DNA of 64,000 nucleotides, from contig NC_090601.1 of NCBI RefSeq assembly GCF_000497125.1, forward strand, positions 558,001-622,000. Reading direction: 5' to 3'. The position numbers and the translations under genes were made by a program. The DNA is from Spironucleus salmonicida (lineage: Eukaryota). Below the pieces are notes generated by a model that searched no databases, was not told the origin of the DNA, and saw nothing but the letters and a program-made list of their open reading frames with translations. Numbering within the stretch: the first letter of the stretch is position 1; each line of letters opens with the position of its first letter. Shown piece by piece: positions 1-13,690 of the stretch.

Positions 1-3000
1 CATGGTTTTAAAGTATAGAAGCAAGGCGGCCAAGTATCAAATATGTAAAGGTCGCAGCATAAAACTGGAAAGAATCAAATCGCGTTAGCGATTAAGTGAA
101 TAACCCGTTTATGTCGCCATCCTATATGCTTTTCTCTATGTCATGTATTTCCACTAAATCATAGTCAAAGCATATTGGCCTGCCTTTCGCACGCAGGCTG
201 TTAGACATTTCTGATACCGGGTGCTTTCTTTTCACAAGTGACTGTTTATCAGCAGGTGCGAAGGCATTCATGCGAACTGCCTACCAGCTATGTTCGTTTG
301 CAGCACTACCAAGCACTGCTCCCGACGGGCGCTGCCGGAGTACGGTGCGGAGCACAGCGGATTCCTCGCCGTTTTCGCAATCGGTGTTGCAGCGAGGAAC
401 CAGAGAGCTCGAGGGAATTTTTATTACCTGCAGTACATTGCCGCCCAACACCTCCGGGAGACAGTGTCTACCCCAACCATGCTTTGTCGTACTAGAGACA
501 TCGCTCCATTGCGGCCTAGCCTTAGTGCGAAGTTTGCTCCAACCGAAATCTCTAAATAAGACATGCACATCCAGTACCGGGCCAGAAAACAATGGAACAT
601 GTTCAATCACGGTGGCTGCTGGTGAGTGCTAGAGCATGCGCCTTCCAGGGTTACACTAGTAATACATCCCACACGCCGCAAACCTGAGCAAGCGAACTAG
701 CACCAGCCCAGGCGCCAGATGGCCGTTTTTCAGGAAGCAAAGCTCCGACCTGTGTACGCTGCAGGTTAGACGCATCCTTTACGGTAGTCCAATATTTTTA
801 GTCAGACCCACTCGCAAAATTTCAGCGATTGGTGGTTGGGTACCAGCAGGACATACTATCGCCTGCGAAAACGATTGCAGCTCACTGCCAAAATCAGTTT
901 TGCAGTTTTCGCGTAGACTACTTCCTGCGCACTGTTCCGTCCATTATTGTAGGCAGTGGTGTTGGCAGCTTCAGTCTTAGACTCAGCCTGGCACCGCAAG
1001 TCTAATTCCTACGGGGCAGCAGACATATGGCTCGTTTGCAGCCAGAAGCCCTGATCACCTAATGCTGTCTAGAATAGGGGCATTGGTACGTGCTGTTGCG
1101 ACTGCAAGAGCCGGTAAACGATGGTTATAACACACGCCCAAAGAGATGCAAGTCCACGTCCGAAGGTTAGCGCCTGACGCTAGATTCTCTGCCGCTCACC
1201 AAGCTGCAAACCTCATCGACCTCCAATTGTCATCCTTGCCTATTGCAGCGGATATGGCATGATGGTAACGAGGAACCGGCGAACACAAAATTGGCTTGGC
1301 GCCAGCCTTCGTCCCGTGTTCGCGCTAGGTTACCATCGAGTGAGGCTGCAATAGCTGCATGCCTCTGGGAATCGCAACGAGAGCCTTCCGCCCTCGAAGT
1401 TCTTTACAATAGCAGCGGTAACCCGGTCTGGAGAGCTTAACAATCTAGTATTCAGCTTTCTTCGCTGCTATTGCTTGATAAAAGTTAGTCCCACTGCAAA
1501 TGCATGTGGTTTCTGCCAGGCGGCGCTGTGTAGACCTGTATGGATGATACTCGGAGAGGAAATACTAGTATCCTCACTGGCAAGGAAAAGAGCACGCCGT
1601 GCACTTGCTCCAGCGCGACATGAATGTAATTGGGAGGGTTATCACGGGAGGTGGGAGCAGCCGTAAATTGTAAAGAAATGCTGCGATGAATCTGAATGCG
1701 GTATGCCCCAGGGTATATCGCTGCATTTGGCAATCGGGCAGCTAGATACATAAGGGTATCATATACGGTCACACCTCGCAGCTTCACGAAATAACCAAAG
1801 CTGATGCTATGAGCACGCCGTGGCAGCTTCGCTCAGCCGTATCGTCATTATCCCGATACCAGGTGCATGCCGAGCTAGCTGCGCCATCATCCACGCATGA
1901 ACTGGGTGTTTGCTGGTAGAGAATGGGCAGCTGGGTATCTATCATCCCCATCCAGGCCTATTCACTTCCGCTGCGAACCTAACCGGACGCAGCTCCTCGC
2001 CTCCTGGGCCCGGCGGAGCCCTGCATCCACGTCAGTGGATCTTGGGAAGGTCTGGTCCTGTCAGACGGGCACCATTGCTCCGAGGCGAGCGAATGGTATC
2101 CCGAGGGCGGGGTACATTCTGGGGAATGGAGCTGTGTGCAAACTCCTCCATTCCCTTCCATTAATTCTAATATTCTCCGTAAAGGTGCGCCCAGCCTCAG
2201 AACCACCGTGCGAAGGCTTATTGCGGTGTTCGGATCGGCTTTTCATACATGCAACCAGTGGAGCGATGGGCGTCCAGCGCGTTCAGTGACGGATCCGGCT
2301 CACTTGTCGTACTGCAGGGTCTCCCGCACCAGGGCTTCCGTATCGGTGAGCGTGGGGCGTGGCACCTCCGCCTGCCGTGTGGTGACGACGGCGCTTCTGC
2401 CCGGGAGCCCGGCACGCCTTTTGAGGTAGAAGAAGGCGATGAGGCCCACCAGGCCCACTGCGACGAAGACCAGCACCACAATACCGGCTATGAGCCCCAT
2501 GGACACGCCGTCCTGGTGGAGCTGCCCGTCCACGCACTGGAACAGCACGGTGTTGAAGGTTTGCCCGGGCTCACATCGTGTGTCCACGCACCTGTCGCGC
2601 ACGAACACGAAGCCCGGGCGGCAGACCGTACAGAGCTCGTTCACCAGGGCGTGTTCGTCGGCGCAGACACTGCACTTGGCCCCGGCGTCCAGCAGGTAGG
2701 TCGAGCACGTGCACACCCCTGCCTCGCACCTGCCCCTGCCTGCGCACTCAGTACCGCTGTGCACGCAGCCGCTCGGCACGCAGGTATCCCCCACGCGCTC
2801 GAAACTAGCCAGACACTACGAGCATCCATGCACCGGGTCCAGGGCTGGGTCCCCGCAGCGACACTCCCCCGAGCCCTCGCAGGTCCCCTGCCCGCTGCAG
2901 ATGGAGCTGCCCGTGATGCACTTCGCTGGGCGGCAGTCGTAGTTGGACGCGTTGCCGAAGTACGCGGCCCCAGGCAAGCAGCCCTGGCACTGTTGCTTCG

Positions 3001-3112
3001 GGTCGTTGAACGGGAAGTTCCCGCAGTCTTTGCAGACGAACTGCGCGTTCTCCAGGGCGCAGGCCCCGCGACCGAAGCACCTCCCGCGCTGCGTCTTGCA
3101 CAGGTCGCGCCC
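1..3112. repeat. Left arm of palindrome A (continues beyond window start)
   Basis: Reverse complement of 6843-9955; mirrored ORF pairs have coordinate sums 9955/9956; only a SNP and a 1-bp indel near 2245/7710 were noticed. Confidence 0.95.
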
Positions 3113-4123
3113 ACATGTCAGTAATGCAGCATTAATCTGCGTATATCCATCATCGCATTCGCAGAACTTCCCACTGCTCCTGTTCTGACAGTTGCACCAC
3201 GTGAAGCTCAGTCCCTCGCACGTCCCGCGCCCACCGCAGACCTTGTCATCGTTCACGCACGCCGGTTTTGCGCACTCTGTCTTGCTGTTCGCGAAGACCA
3301 GCCCCTGCGCGCATAGTTCGCAAGAGCGTCCAGAGAATCCAGGCTCGCAGCGGCACTCTAATCTGTTCATATCACATTTTCCTCTTCCATTACACTCAGT
3401 ATTGCCTGTTTTACAGAGATCGGGAATACATTCACCATCGTGAAGCTAGAATGTCTATTTGCAACCTCTACAATTACTGAAAGATGAGAAATTACCATTA
3501 CAAACACAGAAACCATAAGACTGACACTGACCTTTTCCATTGCAAATAGTATTTCCAGTTATACAGTTAGTACTCAGACATTTTCTATCAGCTGGAGGTG
3601 GGAGAAACCCTTTGCCTGGAAGACATTATGCACATCCTTATCTTGGATCATTATCAGTAAATTCACCGCATCCATTGCAAATGAATTCTTTTTAACCTAA
3701 TTTTTCAACTAATACACATTCAGAACGACCATAGCATAATTAATTTGGAGATTTGCATAAATTAATAACACATTCCTACGAAGATGGGTGTGGCAGGTGA
3801 TCTGGTCCACATTGGCAAAGCTTTCCAGAAAATCCAGGCTTGCACACACATTAATCAAAATTAATTCCACCACAAGACCCATTTCCATTGCAAATTTTAT
3901 CATTTTCAATGCATTTGACATTTGCACATTACTTGCTGTTATTTACAGGTATCATTCCTATCGCACAAGCGTCGCAGTGAAGACCTGTAAAAGTAGGGTC
4001 ACACGAACAAGATTTACTGTCGTTATGACAGAATCCATGATTACTACAAATAATATTATTAAATATACATTCTTTGGCAATGCACATACCTCCAAGAGAT
4101 ACTTGGTTTTCAGGACAAGTCAT
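2300..4123 (-). CDS. Cysteine-rich membrane protein, CRMP2-type (EGF-like CxC/CxxC repeats, C-terminal TM), 607 aa
   Basis: Fragments 3929-4123, 2816-3370 and 2300-2794 are in one frame joined by TAA/TAG=Gln; MTCPENQ...GLIAGIVVLVFVAVGLVGLIAFFYLKRR...QYDK; stop in AAGTGA. Confidence 0.92.
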
Positions 4124-4980
4124 TTTTAAATGAGTGAATTTTAATATTAATAGTATTATTATTAATTAAAAAATATGTATTTGTAATTTTCATTCAATCC
4201 AATATTTTGAATAATATATATTTTTCATTTATATTTACTTATTTAAAAACAAAAAAACAATATATTATTAATAAGTACTTTAAACTAATATAAATTACTA
4301 AGCATTATAAAACAGTATTAATTAATATCCATAAGTAACATTAAAATATTTTGGAATTTTATTATTAAAAATAAATATATGTAATATAAAAATATTATCA
4401 TTATATAATTTCACAGATATTATTAAATGAATATTTTTAACAATAAATTTGATACTTAGAAATAATTCGTATTCTTTTATGATTTGTAGTTTAATTAATT
4501 ACTTGTCAGGTTTAAATTATCCATACTATATTTTAAAATTATAAACATTAGTTTTAATTTATGATAACAACTGAATATATTTGTACTTACTTTAGATGGC
4601 TTATAATAATTTCCATTATAATAGACTTATATAATAGTTTTATTATACAACAAACCTAATCACTTTAAATCAAAAGTAGTATAACTTCTAGTTTAACTTT
4701 GCATTGATATAATTTAATATTTTTATAATATTATAAATAATTTTAATTAGTAGCTAAAACGATAAATAATTATTCATATTTTATTAAAATTTTTTTTTTT
4801 AATTATGTAATTTTCATTCTTGAAGATAATAAAGACATATATATGATAGCAAGTAAAGTAAATACGTTTACATAAATTTATTTATAATTAAAAAATAAGT
4901 ATATTTATTACATAATAAATTTTGTATTTTGTATTAAATAATATATAATAATCTATAATACTTATCATATTCCACTCCAA

Positions 4981-5478
4981 ATGGAAAAATTGGTTCAATA
5001 GTCATTTGAAACTTAGAAACAGTTATTTTCATAACTTTTAAGTACAATGAAAGATAATTTTTCACCAGAGTCTATTAATCTATTACGGTTAGCAATAGAT
5101 GCTGAATTATACCCGTAGGACGCTGATACTGTATCAAAAGAACTTCGTGAACTCACACACTAACAAGTTCCAGAAATGATATAAGAACAATAAGCAGCTA
5201 CAGAACAAGTGTTGATCCATATTGATAAGAAAAAGAAAAAGTCGCGAGGGTTTGATGGTGGATCGTACACTTTTGGATACGAAGTAATCGAGAGTTAACC
5301 TGCAACACTGACGGTAGGTAATAGCTTCATATATTGTGAGCGATCAGGTGATGCATTTGAAATGGCTGAAGATGTCAATACAGGCAAATCTTTTTATGCA
5401 GGATGTGGAGTACTTTAAACAACAGAAGGTCGCTCTGATATTTTCTTTAGTCAAGTACGTGTTAAAGGCAGCCACTGA
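4981..5478 (+). CDS. Hypothetical protein, 165 aa, in palindrome spacer
   Basis: Open in code 6 from CTCCAAATG to TGA: MEKLVQQSFETQKQLF...DKKKKKSRGFDGGSYTFGYEV...QVRVKGSH; less AT-rich than flanks; duplicated at 42430-42927. Confidence 0.75.
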
Positions 5479-6103
5479 TTATATAGTTAAAACGTTTTTA
5501 ATCAAATTACCTCACAAATGAGATATTATACTTATACATATTTTGTTATACATTGATTATATCTACTATGTAAAGATATTAATATTATATTAATTTAACT
5601 AAAATCATTATGTCCTTTATATTAAAAATATTCAGAAGATTAAATTGTTAGTATACTTAAAATTTACTATTGACTATGATGTCTCATCAGATATTTGTTT
5701 TAAATACGCAATATATAGTTCAAAAAAGTCATATTGTGTATCCTAACATATGGTATTATACTCCTAAACATTAAGTTATAATAGTTTACAAAAATAAAAC
5801 AAAATTCTAAATTTCCATACCACTAATTTCTTTATTTTATGCTATAGATTTTTAATTAAATTTATATATTAATACTATTATTTCTTAGTAAGTGATATTC
5901 CAGTATTATTTATTAGAATATGTCTTAAAATAATTCACTTTTAATCTCTTTATACATTTCGTAATAATTGATCATAGTTTTGATTTACACTAGTAAGCTT
6001 TTCTAAACTAATCGGACATATAGTAATATTAATAGTTTTAACTATTAAAAATACCTCTAGACTGAAAATAAGATACTTTCGCAACTAAATTATAATAAAT
6101 ATT

Positions 6104-7655
6104 GTATGCATAGCCAAGTATTGCATTGAATATAATATTATTTGCATAAAATGTGGAGAGAGTGAGAACAACATTCTATACTTGCACTGCGAACCTAACT
6201 TTATAGTCCCATAATGCATAGAGTCTCCAATTAGCACGGTCTCAGCAATCAATCACGCCAAATATTCTTATCCTACGTGTGTCAGAGTAAGGCAAATTTG
6301 TAGCAGATATAGATCATGTTTCTCCGCCAAACCAATAAGTTTCATATGCGAACCAGTTTCTCTTGCAAACTCTAAAAATACACCATATACTTTAGGTACT
6401 TCACCAACCTCTAATTAGAATGTTCCGTAATTTGTTCTTATCAGAAAAAATTTCATGTTAACGCGACAGAAAATCCATTTCAACAGGTTTTGAAAGTACC
6501 CAGCTATTCTCCTGCAAAATATGGAAAACACACACGTATAGACTAAAAAAGGCATTCAATGTATAAAATAATTTTCATATTCTCTACGTCGAAATTCATA
6601 TACGAAGCAATAAATTGTATAACGGGCACCACTGTATTCAACCAAAACTGATCATGTTTACCGCCAGATATCTGCATCTCTGATGGAAACTTCGGCCAAT
6701 CGAACTGCTGCGTTGACTATAAATCAAGGTTTGAGTACCACGCTGGAGCGTGTGTTCGCTTGGTCTGCAAAACCGGTATTATGCTCTGCAATGACCCCAG
6801 AACATGCAAATTCTAACACTAGGAGTGCCTCTGCTGACTTGCGGGCGCGACCTGTGCAAGACGCAGCGCGGGAGGTGCTTCGGTCGCGGGGCCTGCGCCC
6901 TGGAGAACGCGCAGTTCGTCTGCAAAGACTGCGGGAACTTCCCGTTCAACGACCCGAAGCAACAGTGCCAGGGCTGCTTGCCTGGGGCCGCGTACTTCGG
7001 CAACGCGTCCAACTACGACTGCCGCCCAGCGAAGTGCATCACGGGCAGCTCCATCTGCAGCGGGCAGGGGACCTGCGAGGGCTCGGGGGAGTGTCGCTGC
7101 GGGGACCCAGCCCTGGACCCGGTGCATGGATGCTCGTAGTGTCTGGCTAGTTTCGAGCGCGTGGGGGATACCTGCGTGCCGAGCGGCTGCGTGCACAGCG
7201 GTACTGAGTGCGCAGGCAGGGGCAGGTGCGAGGCAGGGGTGTGCACGTGCTCGACCTACCTGCTGGACGCCGGGGCCAAGTGCAGTGTCTGCGCCGACGA
7301 ACACGCCCTGGTGAACGAGCTCTGTACGGTCTGCCGCCCGGGCTTCGTGTTCGTGCGCGACAGGTGCGTGGACACACGATGTGAGCCCGGGCAAACCTTC
7401 AACACCGTGCTGTTCCAGTGCGTGGACGGGCAGCTCCACCAGGACGGCGTGTCCATGGGGCTCATAGCCGGTATTGTGGTGCTGGTCTTCGTCGCAGTGG
7501 GCCTGGTGGGCCTCATCGCCTTCTTCTACCTCAAAAGGCGTGCCGGGCTCCCGGGCAGAAGCGCCGTCGTCACCACACGGCAGGCGGAGGTGCCACGCCC
7601 CACGCTCACCGATACGGAAGCCCTGGTGCGGGAGACCCTGCAGTACGACAAGTGA
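6104..7655 (+). pseudogene. CRMP2 with decayed 5' half fused to the intact 3' half of the repeat arm
   Basis: 6104-6840 gives degenerate matches to the intact gene (VCIAKYCIEYNIIC vs MCIAKECIFNNIIC; ACVRLVCKTG vs ECIPDLCKTG) with frameshifts, a TGA and a deletion; 6843-7655 mirrors 2300-3112. An ATG at 6804 could give a 283-aa product. Confidence 0.8.
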
Positions 7656-10600
7656 GCCGGATCCGTCACTGAACGCGCTGGACGCCCATCGCTCCACTGG
7701 CTGCATGTATGGAAAAGCCGATCCGAACACCGCAATAAGCCTTCGCACGGTGGTTCTGAGGCTGGGCGCACCTTTACGGAGAATATTAGAATTAATGGAA
7801 GGGAATGGAGGAGTTTGCACACAGCTCCATTCCCCAGAATGTACCCCGCCCTCGGGATACCATTCGCTCGCCTCGGAGCAATGGTGCCCGTCTGACAGGA
7901 CCAGACCTTCCCAAGATCCACTGACGTGGATGCAGGGCTCCGCCGGGCCCAGGAGGCGAGGAGCTGCGTCCGGTTAGGTTCGCAGCGGAAGTGAATAGGC
8001 CTGGATGGGGATGATAGATACCCAGCTGCCCATTCTCTACCAGCAAACACCCAGTTCATGCGTGGATGATGGCGCAGCTAGCTCGGCATGCACCTGGTAT
8101 CGGGATAATGACGATACGGCTGAGCGAAGCTGCCACGGCGTGCTCATAGCATCAGCTTTGGTTATTTCGTGAAGCTGCGAGGTGTGACCGTATATGATAC
8201 CCTTATGTATCTAGCTGCCCGATTGCCAAATGCAGCGATATACCCTGGGGCATACCGCATTCAGATTCATCGCAGCATTTCTTTACAATTTACGGCTGCT
8301 CCCACCTCCCGTGATAACCCTCCCAATTACATTCATGTCGCGCTGGAGCAAGTGCACGGCGTGCTCTTTTCCTTGCCAGTGAGGATACTAGTATTTCCTC
8401 TCCGAGTATCATCCATACAGGTCTACACAGCGCCGCCTGGCAGAAACCACATGCATTTGCAGTGGGACTAACTTTTATCAAGCAATAGCAGCGAAGAAAG
8501 CTGAATACTAGATTGTTAAGCTCTCCAGACCGGGTTACCGCTGCTATTGTAAAGAACTTCGAGGGCGGAAGGCTCTCGTTGCGATTCCCAGAGGCATGCA
8601 GCTATTGCAGCCTCACTCGATGGTAACCTAGCGCGAACACGGGACGAAGGCTGGCGCCAAGCCAATTTTGTGTTCGCCGGTTCCTCGTTACCATCATGCC
8701 ATATCCGCTGCAATAGGCAAGGATGACAATTGGAGGTCGATGAGGTTTGCAGCTTGGTGAGCGGCAGAGAATCTAGCGTCAGGCGCTAACCTTCGGACGT
8801 GGACTTGCATCTCTTTGGGCGTGTGTTATAACCATCGTTTACCGGCTCTTGCAGTCGCAACAGCACGTACCAATGCCCCTATTCTAGACAGCATTAGGTG
8901 ATCAGGGCTTCTGGCTGCAAACGAGCCATATGTCTGCTGCCCCGTAGGAATTAGACTTGCGGTGCCAGGCTGAGTCTAAGACTGAAGCTGCCAACACCAC
9001 TGCCTACAATAATGGACGGAACAGTGCGCAGGAAGTAGTCTACGCGAAAACTGCAAAACTGATTTTGGCAGTGAGCTGCAATCGTTTTCGCAGGCGATAG
9101 TATGTCCTGCTGGTACCCAACCACCAATCGCTGAAATTTTGCGAGTGGGTCTGACTAAAAATATTGGACTACCGTAAAGGATGCGTCTAACCTGCAGCGT
9201 ACACAGGTCGGAGCTTTGCTTCCTGAAAAACGGCCATCTGGCGCCTGGGCTGGTGCTAGTTCGCTTGCTCAGGTTTGCGGCGTGTGGGATGTATTACTAG
9301 TGTAACCCTGGAAGGCGCATGCTCTAGCACTCACCAGCAGCCACCGTGATTGAACATGTTCCATTGTTTTCTGGCCCGGTACTGGATGTGCATGTCTTAT
9401 TTAGAGATTTCGGTTGGAGCAAACTTCGCACTAAGGCTAGGCCGCAATGGAGCGATGTCTCTAGTACGACAAAGCATGGTTGGGGTAGACACTGTCTCCC
9501 GGAGGTGTTGGGCGGCAATGTACTGCAGGTAATAAAAATTCCCTCGAGCTCTCTGGTTCCTCGCTGCAACACCGATTGCGAAAACGGCGAGGAATCCGCT
9601 GTGCTCCGCACCGTACTCCGGCAGCGCCCGTCGGGAGCAGTGCTTGGTAGTGCTGCAAACGAACATAGCTGGTAGGCAGTTCGCATGAATGCCTTCGCAC
9701 CTGCTGATAAACAGTCACTTGTGAAAAGAAAGCACCCGGTATCAGAAATGTCTAACAGCCTGCGTGCGAAAGGCAGGCCAATATGCTTTGACTATGATTT
9801 AGTGGAAATACATGACATAGAGAAAAGCATATAGGATGGCGACATAAACGGGTTATTCACTTAATCGCTAACGCGATTTGATTCTTTCCAGTTTTATGCT
9901 GCGACCTTTACATATTTGATACTTGGCCGCCTTGCTTCTATACTTTAAAACCATGCTATTGCTACAGATCAAATTGAAAAAGTATCGAACTAATAATATT
10001 TGGCTATCATATTTTACTTGCCGAGTACACTTTCGATACATCTTACTATGCATGGACATCGTTGTACCCAATATTAAGGATTGAAAATGCCTTCAGTTTT
10101 AATATCAAGAAGCTTATGCTAAATTGAAATTCAAAATTATGGCTGAGCAGAGCGGGCTGTTATGGTACAGTGAATTAATTATATCAGTTGATGGCAGTAG
10201 CAGCGACTCCAGCGGCCTTGCGGGCCTTCTTCACGGCAATGTACGCCACAGCGCCAACGCTGAAGGTCAAAATACCAATAGCAGCAGCAGCTCCAAGGTA
10301 GGTGCTAATACCAAGAGTATCGCGTGTGAGCTCCTACTTGACTTCCCCATCCGCTTTTTAGTTTTACAATTTCCATTCCAGAGCAGTTAAGCACATACCA
10401 TATGTATTTTTCTGCATGTTGGGTAGGCATTTCAAGCATCCCTTATGGTTAGAATTGCAAAGGGCGCAGTTTTAGGAGTTCCCACAGTTGCATTAAGATG
10501 TTATGTTTTCATGGCACGGTTCAGGTAACCCGTCATTGCAGTAAAATCCAAGTGGAATGTTTTCACACTTCGACGTACAAAGCCCAGTAGTGGTTAAGAC

Positions 10601-12215
10601 ATAATTGCGATCTTCGCATTTATCGCAAAAAGTTGCCGAACTGCAAAAACTACATCCAGCAGGACATTCGGTGCAGCGCTTCGTGTCGGTGTCGCAAAAG
10701 CTTGCAATCACCTTGGCGCAGTCCTGGTTCGTTTCGCACTTGTTACTGCATGTGTTGGCTGCTTAATCTAATATGAAAGTTTAAGCACACATTAAGCACT
10801 TTTGCTATTCGTCACACTCGTAACATCCAGAAAGGCATTTTGGGTGACTCGGAACATGCTCTTTGTGGTCATACTGACTTCTAGTGCATTAGCCATTCAC
10901 GCACTCGACGCAGTTTTTACTTGGCACGTGGTCCGCGCAGTAACACGACTCGCCAAGCGCCATATCCTCGTGGCAGAGCTAGCACTAGACGCGTTGAGAG
11001 CCAACGGCGGGGCAAAAGTAGCCAGCCTTGCACGTCGGCTGCTCGCTTGTGCATGAGCCCGACACCTCGGGGTCCACTCTTACTGCAACACACAGGTCCC
11101 CTATATGCGCATAGCCCCTTTGGCATAGCTGGCAATCTCCTTTTCCGCTTAGGGCGAAACGGGAAAAGCACGATGCACACTTTCCGGTCTGCGTGCAGGT
11201 GGCACAGTTTTGCGAATCACCGCACTTGCACTGCGACGTGATGCCTTCCTCGCATCCTGCCGGCGCTCCGTTATTGCAGTAGAAGCTGCCTAGCAGGTAA
11301 TCGCATTTCGGGGTGCAAAGTCCAGCTGTCGTTGTGACATAGTTGCTTGGGTCGCACTTTTCGCAGAAGTCGCTCGCACTGCATTTCAGGCACCCCGCTT
11401 GGCATGCCGTGCACCGCTTAGAGCCCGTGTCGCAGAAGCTTCCCAGTGTTATTTCGCAATCTTTGTTGTTCTAGCAATAATTGTTGCATGTGTTGGAGTT
11501 TTCGTCGTAAACATAGGTTTGAGCGCACCTTAAGCACGTCCTGTTTTCATCACACTCGAAGCAGCCGTGATGGCACTTGTGAAGAGGTGTCGTGTGGTCG
11601 TGCTGGGCGATATGGTACTAGCCACAGGAGAGCCCTGCGCATTGTATGCAGTTAGCTGTGGGGATATAATCAACGCAATAGCATGATTGTTCGAGAGTCA
11701 TGTTCTCATTGCACTTTTGGCATTTTACAAAAAACTTATCCACGGCGGGGCAGAAGAAGCCAGCCCTGCAGCCTTATACGGATAGGGAGCATGTGCCAGC
11801 CTCTGCCTGCGAATATTGGGTTGGAACGCAAGTTTAGGCTTTGATCTCGTACCCCAGCGCGCACTAGAAGCAGTTCCCATACTCGTTAATCTAATAATTG
11901 GGTAAGCATGCATGGCAGTTCCCGTAGATCGAGCAGGTTGCGCAGTTGTCCCCGCTCTTGCACCTGCATGCTGAGGCGATGCCCTCAAAGCACGGCTCTT
12001 ACTTTCCCTCATTGCAGTAAAAGCCCTCTTCCAGGTCCTTGCATCCCGTCGTGCACGTCCCATTACTATTTAGGACGTCCTCTTTCGAAATGCACTTATA
12101 GCAGAAATCTTATGACAAGCATCCCCCACAGAACTCGCCGCGGTGCTTGCATTGGTGCGTATCCTCATTACAGTAATATCCATCCGCCTGGTTGCAATCT
12201 GTGGTATTGCGCCAT
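6843..12215. repeat. Right arm of palindrome A, extended; direct copy of ~44796-50165 and inverted copy of ~35695-41065
   Basis: ORF offsets of 37952/37953 to the direct copy and coordinate sums of 47908/47909 to the inverted copy; similarity ends near 12215. Confidence 0.93.
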
Positions 12216-12238
12216 ACAGAACATAGTGTGTAATGCAT
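10184..12238 (-). CDS. CRMP1-type cysteine-rich membrane protein, 5'-truncated/chimeric copy (about 684 aa if ATG 12238 is used)
   Basis: Same reading frame as 35362-37725 from about codon 112 on, ending TM + KKARKAAGVAATAIN; native 5' end replaced by unrelated sequence; has GGA where the B copies have TGA. May be a pseudogene. Confidence 0.65.
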
Positions 12239-13690
12239 CGCTGCTAGGAGCTCGTGATGGCATAATAATCCGTATATCGGCACCCAATAATGGATATCAG
12301 GAGACATTTTGTCAGAGAGGGTCCATTCTAGCCAACAACAGTAAATGTTCACAATTATTCTAATCTATTAAGGTATATATGATCCGTCCCGTTATACTAG
12401 GGGCACCATATTCATTCAGACCAGCTGGCTCTAGCGGATGATGGTAGTATCCAGAAGAAGCGGACCAGCTTGTACCCCTGTAGGTCATCTAGCTGCACTC
12501 CCTATATATCCGACCAAGTTACTTCGAGGGCTTCCTAATCCATTGGACGCGTCTCCTTCATTTTCGGGACAGTGGTAATGCTGCCACCTGCAGTTGCTCC
12601 GGCTGCTAATTCTTGCGTGTATATCTCCAATGAAAGAGTTAGGTTGCATTTCGAGGTCAGCCATCTCTGGTTCCGCATGCAGCTTGAACTCTATGTCTGG
12701 TTTCATTTAGCTTGGGGGATGAGCATAATACTCATATGTTCGTGTACGTGATCTAGGCACGTACGAAATCAGAAACCCCAGAATTGAATCGGTTGTCCAT
12801 CATATCATCTACTACCACAATATACCCCTAATGTTAATGCGATTCTCTAAAATTGTAGATACGCAGCATCATCGCCCAGCAATGCCTAAAATGTTTTTAA
12901 TTTTTGGAGTGAACTGTCTGCTAAATATCGCTAACTGATAAACCACAAATAAGTATACAATGAATATCTACTCAAGTCACTCCCAAATTAGAATTTTTAA
13001 AAATCTCCCAGAAACTTCGAAACTGCACCCGCGACCAGGTATATTCCATCGGACTTAAGTTCCTATATAAAATAACTCTATTGCCATACTTTGATACCAA
13101 AAGCTGAAGGACTATAAGTGGGCTCCTTAGAGACTTGAGCGTTCGTAGCAGTATGATAAGATCCCCAAATAGACAGAAACTCAAACCTTCACAATATCGA
13201 AAATGTATGATGGTAGATTTTAATCTTAGTTTCAAAATGACTGCAAAGACCTATTGTTCGGTTGGAAATAATGTTTGCAATAGAAATTATTACTGTCCTG
13301 CTTCAGGTGTACTACACGAAACATGTTAGAAATGCTCAAGAGATATATAAATTGGGTAGGGGTGCAATTGTTTACCAAAATAGAGCTATAAAAACTGTAT
13401 TGCTTGCAGTGGTTATTTGTGTAGCGAATGCTTACCTGGATTCTATACAGACCTTATCAGTTGCGAAAAATGCAAAGCAGGTTGTAAAGAGTGCACTTCA
13501 GAACGTAGTTGCACTGCGTGCGAAGATGGATACATATTCAATTCAGCAAGAAAAATATGTACTCCTAAGTGCTTCACAAATACTGACTGCATGGATAGAA
13601 AAGGGAAATACTGTAACTTGATTACTAACTAGTGCGAATCCTGTGGACCGTTCTGCCAATGGTGCATTTCACCATCATTCTGCTATTCGT
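12232..13690. repeat. ~1.45-kb segment (1 kb upstream region plus CRMP1 5' end) inverted-duplicated at 52345-53802
   Basis: Mirrored ORFs with coordinate sum 66034; sharp end at 12232/53802, gradual decay inside the CRMP1 coding region (inner end approximate). Confidence 0.9.

Noticed and set aside
238-2289. Many short overlapping ORFs in the arm interval and its copies
   Set aside because: No motifs, often non-ATG starts, and they recur only because the DNA is duplicated.
2249-3124. Long antisense ORFs (291-333 aa) over the GC-rich CRMP2 3' halves, also at 6819-7820, 40202-41089 and 44784-45659
   Set aside because: Shadow frames of GC-rich coding DNA; no recognisable protein, and length changes with a 1-bp indel.
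12738-12768. Imperfect hairpin TTCGTGTACGTG...CACGTACGAA
   Set aside because: Short, bulged and unsupported by any other evidence.
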